Source: Macrostomum lignano (lineage: Eukaryota). Taken from it: a stretch of DNA of 64,000 bases. Below are positions 32,401 through 47,905 of the stretch, piece after piece (the first letter of the stretch is position 1; each line of letters opens with the position of its first letter). The stretch covers positions 1-64,000 of the forward strand of contig NIVC01001849.1 of the NCBI GenBank assembly GCA_002269645.1, read 5' to 3'. The position numbers and the translations under genes are program-made. The notes under the pieces are model-generated. The model made no database searches, was not told the origin of the DNA, and saw only the letters and a program-made list of their open reading frames with translations.

Positions 32401-35400
32401 CACTCCCAATATCACTCTAGATCTCTCACTCCCAATATCACCCTAGATCTCTCACTCCCAATATCACTCTAGATCTCTCACTCCCAATATCACTCTAGAT
32501 CTCTCACTCCCAATATCACTCTAGATCTCTCACTCCCAATATCACTCTAGATCTCTCACTCCCAATATCACTCTAGATCTCTCACTCCCAATATCACCTA
32601 GATCTCTCACTCCCAATATCACCTAGATCTCTCACTCCCAATATCACTCTAGATCTCTCACTCCCAATATCACTCTAGATCTCTCACTCCCAATATCACT
32701 CTAGATCTCTCACTCCCAATATCACTCTAGATCTCTCACTCCCAATATCACCTAGATCTCTCACTCCCAATATCACTCTAGATCTCTCACTCCCAATATC
32801 ACTCTAGATCTCTCACTCCCAATATCACTCTAGATCTCTCACTCCCAATATCACTCTAGATCTCTCACTCCCAATATCACTCTAGATCTCTCACTCCCAA
32901 TATCACTCTAGATCTCTCACTCCCAATATCACTCTAGATCTCTCACTCCCAATATCACTCTAGATCTCTCACTCCCAATATCACTCTAGATCTCTCACTC
33001 CCAATATCACTCTAGATCTCTCACTCCCAATATCACTCTAGATCTCTCACTCCCAATATCACCTAGATCTCTCACTCCCAATATCACTCTAGATCTCTCA
33101 CTCCCAATATCACTCTAGATCTCTCACTCCCAATATCACTCTAGATCTCTCACTCCCAATATCACTCTAGATCTCTCACTCCCAATATCACCTAGATCTC
33201 TCACTCCCAATATCACCTAGATCTCTCACTCCCAATATCACTCTAGATCTCTCACTCCCAATATCACTCTAGATCTCTCACTCCCAATATCACTCTAGAT
33301 CTCTCACTCCCAATATCACTCTAGATCTCTCACTCCCAATATCACTCTAGATCTCTCACTCCCAATATCACCCTAGATCTCTCACTCCCAATATCACTCT
33401 AGATCTCTCACTCCCAATATCACTCTAGATCTCTCACTCCCAATATCACTCTAGATCTCTCACTCCCAATATCACTCTAGATCTCTCACTCCCAATATCA
33501 CCTAGATCTCTCACTCCCAATATCACTCTAGATCTCTCACTCCCAATATCACTCTAGATCTCTCACTCCCAATATCACTCTAGATCTCTCACTCCCAATA
33601 TCACTCTAGATCTCTCACTCCCAATATCACTCTAGATCTCTCACTCCCAATATCACTCTAGATCTCTCACTCCCAATATCACTCTAGATCTCTCACTCCC
33701 AATATCACTCTAGATCTCTCACTCCCAATATCACCTAGATCTCTCACTCCCAATATCACTCTAGATCTCTCACTCCCAATATCACTCTAGATCTCTCACT
33801 CCCAATATCACTCTAGATCTCTCACTCCCAATATCACTCTAGATCTCTCACTCCCAATATCACCTAGATCTCTCACTCCCAATATCACTCTAGATCTCTC
33901 ACTCCCAATATCACTCTAGATCTCTCACTCCCAATATCACTCTAGATCTCTCACTCCCAATATCACTCTAGATCTCTCACTCCCAATATCACTCTAGATC
34001 TCTCACTCCCAATATCACTCTAGATCTCTCACTCCCAATATCACTCTAGATCTCTCACTCCCAATATCACTCTAGATCTCTCACTCCCAATATCACTCTA
34101 GATCTCTCACTCCCAATATCACTCTAGATCTCTCACTCCCAATATCACTCTAGATCTCTCACTCCCAATATCACTCTAGATCTCTCACTCCCAATATCAC
34201 TCTAGATCTCTCACTCCCAATATCACCCTAGATCTCTCACTCCCAATATCACTCTAGATCTCTCACTCCCAATATCACTCTAGATCTCTCACTCCCAATA
34301 TCACCCTAGATCTCTCACTCCCAATATCACTCTAGATCTCTCACTCCCAATATCACCCTAGATCTCTCACTCCCAATATCACTCTAGATCTCTCACTCCC
34401 AATATCACTCTAGATCTCTCACTCCCAATATCACTAGATCTCTCACTCCCAATATCACTCTAGATCTCTCACTCCCAATATCACTCTAGATCTCTCACTC
34501 CCAATATCACTCTAGATCTCTCACTCCCAATATCACTCTAGATCTCTCACTCCCAATATCACTCTAGATCTCTCACTCCCAATATCACTCTAGATCTCTC
34601 ACTCCCAATATCACTCTAGATCTCTCACTCCCAATATCACTCTAGATCTCTCACTCCCAATATCACTCTAGATCTCTCACTCCCAATATCACTCTAGATC
34701 TCTCACTCCCAATATCACTCTAGATCTCTCACTCCCAATATCACTCTAGATCTCTCACTCCCAATATCACTCTAGATCTCTCACTCCCAATATCACTCTA
34801 GATCTCTCACTCCCAATATCACTCTAGATCTCTCACTCCCAATATCACTCTAGATCTCTCACTCCCAATATCACTCTAGATCTCTCACTCCCAATATCAC
34901 CCTATATCTCTCACTCCCAATATCACTCTAGATCTCTCACTCCCAATATCACTCTAGATCTCTCACTCCCAATATCACCCTAGATCTCTCACTCCCAATG
35001 TCACTCTAGATCTCTCACTCCCAATATCACTCTAGATCTCTCACTCCCAATATCACTCTATATCTCTCACTCCCAATATCACTCTAGATCTCTCACTCCC
35101 AATGTCACTCTAGATCTCTCACTCCCAATATCACTCTAGATCTCTCACTCCCAATGTCACTCTATATCTCTCACTCCCAATATCACCCTAGATCTCTCAC
35201 TCCCAATATCACCCTAGATCTCTCACTCCCAATGTCACTCTATATCTCTCACTCCCAATATCACTCAAGATCTCTCACTCCCAATATCACTCTAGATCTC
35301 TCACTCCCAATATCACTCTAGATCTCTCACTCCCAATATCACTCTAGATCTCTCACTCCCAATATCACTCTAGATCTCTCACTCCCAATATCACCCTAGA

Positions 35401-36152
35401 TCTCTCACTCCCAATGTCACTCTATATCTCTCACTCCCAATATCACCCTATATCTCTTACTCCCAATATCACTCTAGATCTCTCACTCCCAATGTCACTC
35501 TATATCTCTCACTCCCAATATCACTCTAGATCTCTCACTCCCAATGTCACTCTATATCTCTCACTCCCAATATCACTCTAGATCTCTCACTCCCAATGTC
35601 ACTCTATATCTCTCACTCCCAATATCACTCTAGATCTCTCACTCCCAATGTCACTCTATATCTCTCACTCCCAATATCACTCTAGATCTCTCACTCCCAA
35701 TGTCACTCTATATCTCTCACTCCCAATATCACTCTAGATCTCTCACTCCCAATGTCACTCTATATCTCTCACTCCCAATATCACTCTAGATCTCTCACTC
35801 CCAATGTCACTCTATATCTCTCACTCCCAATATCACTCTAGATCTCTCACTCCCAATATCACTCTAGATCTCTCACTCCCAATATCACTCTAGATCTCTC
35901 ACTCCCAATATCACTCTAGATCTCTCACTCCCAATATCACTCTAGATCTCTCACTCCCAATATCACTCTAGATCTCTCACTCCCAATGTCACTCTATATC
36001 TCTCACTCCCAATATCACTCTAGATCTCTCACTCCCAATGTCACTCTATATCTCTCACTCCCAATATCACTCTAGATCTCTCACTCCCAATATCACTCTA
36101 GATCTCTCACTCCCAATGTCACTCTATATCTCTCACTCCCAATATCACTCTA
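20420..36152. repeat. About 15.7-kb 26-bp satellite (ATCACTCTAGATCTCTCACTCCCAAT)
   Basis: About 600 copies, nearly invariant in the centre, with 25-bp (CACCTAG) and substitution variants (CCCTAG, CTATA, AATGTC) mostly near the edges. Confidence 0.99.
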
Positions 36153-36726
36153 TTGTTTCTCTTAATAAATAAGAGGGCGCGGCGCTGACTTGTCCGCACT
36201 GTGTAAACTGGAAAACTGCTGCAGTCAGACTCAGAATGACAATGAGAGCTAGCTGAAGGGTTCGCTCGAGTACTCCAAGCTCTAGTCCAAGATTTCCTTG
36301 CCTCATAATCCACGCTCCAGCTGCCACTAGAGTCCTAGACCCAACACCTACCCCTCATCGGTGCCATTGTGAAGTAAACCCGTTGGCCTCAAAGAAAAGT
36401 TGTTTTTTCGCCTAGCCTTGAAAAGTAAGAATTTGTAAGAATCCAGAGAACGAGGATTTGAGCCAGAAAGGGAATGGGAAAATTAGAGGGGGGTGGGAAC
36501 AGCCCCACACATTTCGTGACTTCCTCTGACAGGGCCAGGGAGAGCTGCTACGAGCTAGCCAGCTAGCCAGCGCACCATTGGCCCTCCGAACCGATGCTGG
36601 CCTACCCCCCAGCCAGTCCACTCCAGTTCCCAACCTCTGCCTCCTCAAGCCGAAGCGAAATCCTCGGCGAAAGCCGCTGCTGCCGCTTCTGCGATTCCCA
36701 ATACTCCCCTCCTTCCCTCAGACAGG

Positions 36727-37377
36727 ATGCGGCCGCCACAACTGGGCGGCGTCGCAGCGGCGCTCGCCGTAGCCTTCGCCATCCTCGCCGCCGAATCCGA
36801 CACGACCACCGTCCAGCCGGAGGTCTACGGCCGCTCCAGCATGCGGAACCGGTCGCTGGAGAAGAAGCTGATCAAGACGCTGCTCCATCGGTATAATGAG
36901 ACCGGCATCGTTGGGAGGCCCGTGGTCAAGGCCTCCGACCTGATGACCATCCAGTTCGGGCTGGCGATCATCCAGATCCTCGACCTGGACGAAAACCGGC
37001 AGTTCTTGCGCACCAACTGCTGGATGCGCTACGCCTGGCAGGACCCGCTGCTGAACTGGACCTGGAACGGCACCGAGGAGGCTCGCGAGTGGAAAAGCTT
37101 CGAGAACATCACCCAGCTGCGACTCAACCCGGAGGACGTGTGGACTCCGGATATCCGGCTGTTCAACTTTGCGGACACCCGACTAAAGGAGAAGCGCACG
37201 GCTCGGATTGTGGTCTATCAGGATGGAAGCGTGCTGTGGGTGCCACAGAGCCTGTTCAAGAGCACCTGCGAGATCGAGATCAAGTACTTCCCGTTCGATA
37301 CGCAGACTTGCTCGCTGGAGTTCGGATCGAGAACTTACGATCTGACTAAGATCAATCTCACTTGGTATCCGTTTGAG
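36727..37377 (+). CDS. Cys-loop ligand-gated ion channel (nicotinic-type, predicted anion-selective), coding exon 1: signal peptide and most of the extracellular domain
   Basis: ATG with hydrophobic leader; nAChR motifs GRPV, IIQILDLDE, TNCW, WTPDIRLFN, Cys-loop CEIEIKYFPFDTQTC. Donor GAG|gtgagg at 37377/37378, phase 0. Confidence 0.96.
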
Positions 37378-37471
37378 GTGAGGGGAGACCGACCGATGCG
37401 TTTCATTGTTTTCTAAGAAGTCTGCAGCTGACCTCCATTCTTCGACAACACTTCTTCTGCCTTCCTCTGCC

Positions 37472-40400
37472 TTAGAAGTCTAACCCATTCTACCGCAATT
37501 CCTAGAAGTCTAACCCATTCTACCGCAATTCCTAGAAGTCTAACCCATTCTACCGCAATTCCTAGAAATCTAACCCATTCTACCGCAATTCCTAGAAGTC
37601 TAACCCATTCTACCGCAATTCCTAGAAATCTAACCCATTCTACCGCAATTCCTAGAAGTCTAACCCATTCTACCGCAATTCCTAGAAGTCTAACCCATTC
37701 TACCGCAATTCCTAGAAATCTAACCCATTCTACCGCAATTCCTAGAAGTCTAACCCATTCTACCGCAATTCCTAGAAATCTAACCCATTCTACCGCAATT
37801 CCTAGAAGTCTAACCCATTCTACCGCAATTCCTAGAAGTCTAACCCATTCTACCGCAATTCCTAGAAGTCTAACCCATTCTACCGCAATTCCTAGAAGTC
37901 TAACCCATTCTACCGCAATTCCTAGAAATCTAACCCATTCTACCGCAATTCCTAGAAGTCTAACCCATTCTACCGCAATTCCTAGAAATCTAACCCATTC
38001 TACCGCAATTCCTAGAAGTCTAACCCATTCTACCGCAATTCCTAGAAATCTAACCCATTCTACCGCAATTCCTAGAAGTCTAATCCATTCTACCTCAATT
38101 CCAAGAAATCTAATCCATTGTACCGCAATTCCTAGAAATCAAATGCATTCTACTTCAATTCCTAGAAATCTAATCCATTCTACCTCAATTCCAAGAAATC
38201 TAATCCATTCTACCTCAATTCCAAGAAATCTAATCCATTCTACCCCAATTCCAAGAAATCGAATCCATTCTACCTCAATTCCAAGAAATCTAATCCATTC
38301 TACCTCAATTCCAAGAAATCTAATCCATTGTACCTCAATTCCAAGAAATCTAATCCATTCTACCTCAATTCCAAGAAATCTAATCCATTCTACCCCAATT
38401 CCAAGAAATCGAATCCATTCTACCTCAATTCCAAGAAATCTAATCCATTCTACCTCAATTCCAAGAAATCTAATCCATTGTACCGCAATTCCTAGAAATC
38501 GAATGCATTCTACTTCAATTCCAAGAAATCTAATCCATTCTACCTCAATTCCAAGAAATCTAATCCATTGTACCGCAATTCCTAGAAATCAAATGCATTC
38601 TACTTCAATTCCTAGAAATCTAATCCATTCTACCTCAATTCCAAGAAATCTAATCCATTCTACCCCAATTCTAAGAAATCTAATCCATTCTACCTCAATT
38701 CCAAGAAATCTAATCCATTCTACCCCAATTCCAAGAAATCGAATCCATTCTACCTCAATTCCAAGAAATCTAATCCATTGTACCTCAATTCCAAGAAATC
38801 TAATCCATTGTACCTCAATTCCAAGAAATCTAATCCATTCTACCTCAATTCCAAGAAATCTAATCCATTCTACCCCAATTCCAAGAAATCGAATCCATTC
38901 TACCTCAATTCCAAGAAATCTAATCCATTCTACCTCAATTCCAAGAAATCTAATCCATTGTACCGCAATTCCTAGAAATCGAATGCATTCTACTTCAATT
39001 CCAAGAAATATAATCCATTCTACCTCAATTCCTAGAAATCTATTCCATTGTACCGCAATTCCTAGAAATCAAATGCATTCTACTTCAATTCCTAGAAATC
39101 TAATCCATTCTACCTCAATTCCAAGAAATCTAATCCATTCTACCCCAATTCCAAGAAATCGAATCCATTCTACCTCAATTCTAAGAAATCTAATCCATTG
39201 TACCGCAATTCCTAGAAATCGAATGCATTCTACTTCAATTCCTAGAAATCTAATCCATTCTACCTCAATTCCAAGAAATCTAATCCATTGTACCGCAATT
39301 CCTAGAAATCGAATGCATTCTACTTCAATTCCTAGAAATCTAATCCATTCTACCTCAATTCCAAGAAATCTAATCCATTGTACCGCAATTCCTAGAAATC
39401 AAATGCATTCTACTTCAATTCCTAGAAATCTAATCCATTCTACCTCAATTCCAAGAAATCTAATCCATTGTACCTCAATTCCAAGAAATCTAATCCATTC
39501 TACCTCAATTCCAAGAAATCTAATCCATTCTACCCCAATTCCAAGAAATCGAATCCATTCTACCTCAATTCCAAGAAATCTAATCCATTCTACCTCAATT
39601 CCAAGAAATCTAATCCATTGTACCGCAATTCCTAGAAATCGAATGCATTCTACTTCAATTCCAAGAAATCTAATCCATTCTACCTCAATTCCAAGAAATC
39701 TAATCCATTGTACCGCAATTCCTAGAAATCAAATGCATTCTACTTCAATTCCTAGAAATCTAATCCATTCTACCTCAATTCCAAGAAATCTAATCCATTC
39801 TACCCCAAAATTCTTCTAAATTCCAAGAAATCTAATCCATTCTACCTCAATTCCAAGAAATCTAATCCATTCTACCCCAATTCCAAGAAATCGAATCCAT
39901 TCTACCTCAATTCCAAGAAATCTAATCCATTGTACCTCAATTCCAAGAAATCTAATCCATTGTACCTCAATTCCAAGAAATCTAATCCATTCTACCTCAA
40001 TTCCAAGAAATCTAATCCATTCTACCCCAATTCCAAGAAATCGAATCCATTCTACCTCAATTCCAAGAAATCTAATCCATTCTACCTCAATTCCAAGAAA
40101 TCTAATCCATTGTACCGCAATTCCTAGAAATCGAATGCCATTCTACTTCAATTCCAAGAAATATAATCCATTCTACCTCAATTCCTAGAAATCTAATCCA
40201 TTGTACCTCAATTCCTAAGAAATCAATCATTCTACTTCAATTCCTAGAAATCTAATCCATTCTACCTCAATTCCAAGAAATCTAATCCATTCTACCCCAA
40301 TTCCAAGAAATCGAATCCATTCTACCTCAATTCTAAGAAATCTAATCCATTGTACCGCAATTCCTAGAAATCGAATGCATTCTACTTCAATTCCTAGAAA

Positions 40401-42047
40401 TCGAAATCCATTCTACCTCAATTCCAAGAAATCTAATCCATTGTACCGCAATTCCTAGAAATCAAATGCATTCTACTTCAATTCCTAGAAATCTAATCCA
40501 TTCTACCTCAATTCCAAGAAATCTAATCCATTCTACCGAAATCGAATCCATTCTACCTCAGAAATCTAATCCATGCAATTCTACTTTCTAAATTCCTAGA
40601 AATCGAATCCATTCTACCTCAATTCCAAGAAATCTAATCCATTGTACCGCAATTCCTAGAAATCGAATGCATTCTACTTCAATTCCTAGAAATCTAATCC
40701 ATTCTACCTCAATTCCAAGAAATCTAATCCATTGTAAGAAATCAAATGCATTCTACTTCAATTCCTAGAAATCTAATCCATTCTACCTCAATTCCAAGAA
40801 ATCTAATCCATTCTACCCCAATTCTAAGAAATCGAATCCATTCTAGAAATCTAATCCATTCTACCTCAATTCCAAGAAATCTAATCCATTCTAGAAATCG
40901 AATCCATTCTACCTCAATTCCAAGAAATCTAATCCATTGTACCGCAATTCCTAGAAATCGAATGCATTCTACTTCAATTCCTAGAAATCTAATCCATTCT
41001 ACCTCAATTCCAAGAAATCTAATCCATTGTACCGCAATTCCTAGAAATCAAATGCATTCTACTTCAATTCCTAGAAATCTAATCCATTCTACCTCAATTC
41101 CAAGAAATCTAATCCATTCTACCCCAATTCTAAGAAATCGAATCCATTCTACCTCAATTCCAAGAAATCTAATCCATTCTACCTCAATTCCAAGAAATCT
41201 AATCCATTCTACCCCAATTCCAAGAAATCGAATCCATTCTACCTCAATTCCAAGAAATCTAATCCATTGTACCGCAATTCCTAGAAATCGAATGCATTCT
41301 ACTTCAATTCCTAGAAATCTAATCCATTCTACCTCAATTCCAAGAAATCTAATCCATTGTACCGCAATTCCTAGAAATCAAATGCATTCTACTTCAATTC
41401 CTAGAAATCTAATCCATTCTACCTCAATTCCAAGAAATCTAATCCATTCTACCCCAATTCTAAGAAATCGAATCCATTCTACCTCAATTCCAAGAAATCT
41501 AATCCATTCTACCTCAATTCCAAGAAATCGAATCCATTCTACCTCAATTCCAAGAAATCTAATCCATTGTACCTCAATTCCAAGAAATCTAATCCATTCT
41601 ACCTCAATTCCAAGAAATCTAATCCATTCTACCTCAATTCCAAGAAATCTAATCCATTGTACCGCAATTCCTAGAAATCGAATGCATTCTACTTCAATTC
41701 CTAGAAATCTAATCCATTCTACCTCAATTCCAAGAAATCTAATCCATTGTACCGCAATTCCTAGAAATCAAATGCATTCTACTTCAATTCCTAGAAATCT
41801 AATCCATTCTACCTCAATTCCAAGAAATCTAATCCATTCTACCCCAATTCCAAGAAATCTAATCCATTCTACCTCAATTCCAAGAAATCTAATCCATTGT
41901 ACCGCAATTCCTAGAAATCGAATGCATTCTACTTCAATTCCAAGAAATCTAATCCATTATACCTCAATTCCTAGAAATCTAATCGATTCTACCTCAATTC
42001 CTAGAAATCTAATCGATTCTACCGCAATTCCTAGAAATCGAATCCAG
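37472..42047. repeat. 30-bp minisatellite with higher-order structure in receptor intron 1 (CTAGAARTCTAAYCCATTCTACCKCAATTC)
   Basis: About 150 copies; homogeneous block 37472-38080, then patterned variants; source of the IHSTSIPRNL ORFs. Confidence 0.98.
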
Positions 42048-42567
42048 TCCATCACAGAGCTCTAAAAGTCCTAGTTTAATCAAAACTCATAACAGCAATG
42101 TCATTAAAGTTTCCTTTTTGCTTCAAATTTGACACCACAACGCTTCGAAAGCTTCATTTTATCTTGTATCTGCAGGTAAATTTAATCAAACTTTGTTTGT
42201 AAATACGAATCACCTTAAATGCAGCATGCAGTATGCCGTCTATCTTAGTTCCATCAAGTTCCATTAAGCTGTAAATTTCACGAGAGAATCGACGAAATCC
42301 GCAGGCAGGTGGCCTATGGGGCGGGGCGCGTCTCCAGCTAACCGATCCCTAATTACTAACGAGCTAGCATGCGCTTCGATTTTCCCAGCAGCGAAGAAGA
42401 CAGAACGAGTAAAAAAGTCTCGGACTGCACAAGCAGAAACAGGGGACACTCACTGCTGCTCTGTCATAATTAAAGACGAAAAGTAAGATGGAAAAGCCGG
42501 CAGAGCTTGCGATGATGAAAGGATTCGCAAAAAAACAAATCTGCTGTAAATGGCATGGCAGAAAATC

Positions 42568-43085
<518 letters not shown>

Positions 43086-44639
43086 CTCCGACTCTAAGGC
43101 AGAATAATGATTTATATCGTCGTAGCCAAGAGACGAGCAGTTAAACAAAGTAAAAAGCAATTAAAAAGAAAAACTAAAGATTAGCTAAAGAGAAAAATCG
43201 AAAATTGATTGCCCCATCTGCGTCGAACGGTTCAGAATAATCGGATTAGCGGCATAAAACTGAATGCCAAAGCCGGGTTCAGCGAAGCCCAAGCTGAAAA
43301 GCGCAGCAAAGCTCCACAGAATCCACGAATTGCGATGCAGCGCTGGGACCAGCGGGGGGGGGTTCGGCATTCGCTGGCTACCTACAAGACCTACTTTCCT
43401 GCTTCGCTTCAACCGTAAATCTTTCAATGGAATTAATTGATTCCGTCCGGGAGAGAGCTGCAGGAAGAAGGGGACCCGTTCGGCTGCAGCCCCTGTCTCT
43501 TATTTATCCCTCATCTCTCGTCGCCCTACCCCCCCCCCCCCCACCGGGGCCAGGCGGCCTAGCCAGGCCACTCGAACTGACAGCTTTAACGCAGTGGATC
43601 CCAATTTGCGGGCAATTTCCCCCCGGAATCCAGGCATCTCCGCTGCGCTTCATTCGTAATCTCGTGATGGACGGACGCGAGCCCGCTGCGGCGCGGAAAA
43701 GGCGCGCGTGTTTTTCTTCCAATCGAGGCAAAGAGAGAACAGCCGGCCCGGCACCTCGTTATCTCTTCTTAGGCCTACCGAAGCGCAGTTCTTATCAAAT
43801 CCACTTGACGCCTTCTGTCTGGCAGTCTGTTCTGTTAGAACAGGTTTCACTAGCCGTGACCTTACGTACATGTATACTGCAGGGCGGCCTGCGAGAGGTC
43901 AGATCAGATGTTTTTAATGGGCATCAGCGTTCCAGGCTGAACTTTTATAATTGCGCTCATATAATACTGTATGCCCGAACGCTTTGCCATTGCTGCTTCT
44001 AGGAGTGGGGAGAGAAAGGCAGAGGGCGACCAACCACTGCTATGCTTCGATCGTTTTGTAGCGGCAGGCAGTTCCCTTATTATTGCTGCAATTGATCCTT
44101 TTTACTGTGAGGGAGAAATCGTCTCTCTCTCCCTTCCTCTGATTCCCTCTTTCTCTCTCTCGATTTCCTCTCCAGCGTAGAATCCACGATATCCCATTTC
44201 AAAGAGTCCACTTACTATGCATTCCTAATAATAATCGTACAAATATAAAATAGGCTATTGGGCTATAGATGCTATGGAGATGCCGTGGAAGAAGCATGCG
44301 AGCTTAGCCAGGGGCACAGGGCTGCGCCAGAATCTGGGGCAAACTGCTCAGTGGCGTGAGGAAGGGGAGAAGGGAGAAGAGGGAGGGCTGAAAGAAAAGT
44401 CCGGGTTTCGTGGCCCTGAGAGCCAATTGTTCCAAATCACAAGTTGGGGGTGACAGCGAAGAAAGCACTTGCTGTATGAGCTGGTTGAAAAAATAGTTAA
44501 TCACCCAGCACAGTATGTGCAAAACCCAACAGCTTTATAATTGGGTTCAACTACTCGTAATTTGACATTTTGACGTCTTGTTGAGAAAGCATAAAATAAA
44601 GTAAAGCGCTCTCACTGTTTTGACCAAAGCTTTCTCTAT

Positions 44640-45000
44640 CAAGTCTCTCCTCTCCCATGTCTCCTCTCTCCTGCTATCGCCCTCTTTTGTCTCCCTCTCC
44701 CCAGTCTCCCTCTCCCCCTGTCTCCCTATTTCCCTGTCTCCATCTTCCTCTGTCTCCCTCTCCATCCCAACTCCCTCTTCCACCGTCTCCCTCTCCCTCT
44801 GTCCCTCTTCCTCTGTCTCTCTCTCCCCCCAACTCCCTCTCCCCCTGTCTCCCACTGTCGCTGTCTCCCTCTCGCCTTGTTCCCCCTTCCCTGTCTCCCT
44901 CTCACTTCTCACTTGTCTCCCTCTCCCCTCTCCCCTGTCTCCCTCTTCCTCTGTCTCCAGTCTCTTTCTGTCTCCACTCTCCGCCCGCGTCCCCTTTCCT
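44640..45000. repeat. CT-rich low-complexity tract
   Basis: Degenerate ctgtctccctct-like units. Confidence 0.8.
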
Positions 45001-45798
45001 GCCGCCTCTGATCCCAGCCACTGTGAGCGGGCAGCAGCATCAGCGTGATACTTCCTGATGCGGATTCGCTTATCTTAATTAGAGCATTAGGGCTGAACCT
45101 CAGTTCAGTGAGACAGAGAGATGAAGGCTTTTATAAGATTCCTGCTAGCTAGTGATCTAACGATTGGCTCCTAGGACTCCAAGTGCATATCAATGATAAG
45201 AAGCATGTTTCGAATAATGGGAAACCCGACAGAGCTAGCTTGGTTTAATGAGGATATGAATTATGAAATTTTAAAACCCACCCGCCTGTACAGGTCAGGC
45301 GTTGGACCGAACCGAGAGAGGATTCGCCTCGCTATAAAATGAGTGCGTTGTTATCCCCTTTTCCGATTTTGAGACCGGGCTGGGAGGAAATCGATAACAC
45401 CCCCAGCCGAAGGGAGCGTCGGCGATCGGGATTTTATGGCGCACTCGGGGATTTCAGAATCCTTGTTGTGCGGGTAGCTGCGAGGTGGAAAGGAAGGAGA
45501 ACGGGAACTTGTTTTAATGCGACCGCCTGGCTCTGCCTCTCCCCTATTCCTGTTTCCGATCCCCACTCTCTCTTTCCCAATATTGGAGGAGATCGAGCCG
45601 GCAACACGCGGATGATCTGAGTTCGAGAGGAGAGAGGCTTCATCAAATTTGGTTCGAGATCCATTTTGCTTAGGGTCTCCGAAGCTCTCCCAGCTTTACT
45701 GAAATCTCAGTCTCGCTTTGCCTTTTCGGAGCGCTAAAATCTCTGCTGTCCTCTTCCATTTTCTTGTTTCTGTTTTCTGTCTATCTTGGTTTCAGTCA

Positions 45799-46344
<546 letters not shown>

Positions 46345-47905
46345 GTCTGTCTCTGTTTTCGTCTATTTTTCTATTCTATCTTCATATATATAGTCGTATA
46401 GTCTTCTTTCTATTTTACAAAATACATTCTGTCGGTTCCAGTTTCCGCCTGTCGGCCTTCTGAGCTCCGTGGCTCCTAGTATGTAGCTTTCTGTCCGTGT
46501 CACACGTGCTCAAACTCTGGGCACAGTAGATAACCAGAGTTCTGATAGATATGCATTGTGACAGGGAAAGTCGGGGAGGAACAGCTGACTGGCGCCTGCA
46601 CAGCCCTCTGTCCCTTCGATGTCTTGTAGATCAGCTCTCGGCAAAATGTCTGTCGCCGCCCCCTTCAGTGGGGTAACGGCGAGAGTGAGAGAGATAAAGT
46701 AGGGACAGGAGTATGAGAACAGAGGAGAGGGGCTCAGAATTGAATTTGCCTCCTAATCAGTCTGACCTAGAATGGACTCAACTAGCTCAAGAGACGAGAA
46801 TAAGAGCGAGATGCAGAGTGAGAGGCTGGCAGTTCTAGCTAAAGCGAACTAGAAGAAGCTATTCCATGGTCCTAGCCCGCAGTGTGCCAATAAGTTTATC
46901 AGAGCTGGCTGTATATGCGCAATATCTATCTCTCTTGCCCGGCCTCTACTTCACTGACTATCCTTCCCCGGTGGCAGTCAGTCTTCCCTGACGGATACTC
47001 GCAATAGCCTCCGTCATGTCGGGCTAATCCGTGCCAGTAAGCTCCTCCAATCTATTCGCTTGGGCCGCGACAGCAAGCAAACAAAATGCCGCAGCAATAG
47101 TACAGTACAGACATGCTATCGGTCACTTTCTAGCCATCTTCATTATCCTAATTGCGACGTGTTTTCCTCGGAACTGCAGTCAACTTTGGTCCAGGCTTAT
47201 TAAATCAACTGGCCACAGAGTTAGTTGGGCCGTGAAGTGCCGCAGCATCCGGGCTTGAGTGGCTGGAGAAATGAAACGGGGGAAACGAACCAGTTCCAAT
47301 CTAGCTCAATTTTCTACCCTAACCAAAAACTTGCGAACGCTTCCATCTTTCATTTCGCCGCTTGCCCGGGTCCTGTTGCAGCACTACACATTCGGTTGGT
47401 AAAGTCGGCGGAGCAATCAAAATAGAGTTCTAGAGTTGAAGTGCCGCTTAGCTCCTACCTCCCTGTCCAGACACTTTGTGCTCATCTATATTTTTCTGGC
47501 AGTGGTCTCCAAGGTCCTTATGACGAGCTTTGCGCAGGGAGCTCTCGATTTTTGGTTGTTCACTTTTTATTTGCTACAGACCATTTGGATTTGTTTACGG
47601 CTCTATGGTACTCGTACATCGCCATATTGTGTAGCAATGCATCGTAGAATCAGAGGTAGCCACCCAAACCTAAAGAATAAAGGAATCCGTGCTCAGATAG
47701 GTGATTTTCACATCAGCTAAATGCATAAATATGGTTAAAGACAAATACTGTCTTTCACTCTCCCCGCAGTACTGGGTACTTCACTTTATAGTTAAAATTA
47801 CCCAGATTCGAGAGTCGAATTGAAAATACCCATCCCAGAATAGACAAATGCCTCGTCATCTAACCTATAGTTAAAGCCAGATGCCCTTCCATTTCGCTCC
47901 CACAG

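Noticed and set aside
43185-45664. Several GC-rich ORFs in receptor intron 1 as a possible nested gene
   Set aside because: No motif, no consistent exon chain and overlapping conflicting frames.
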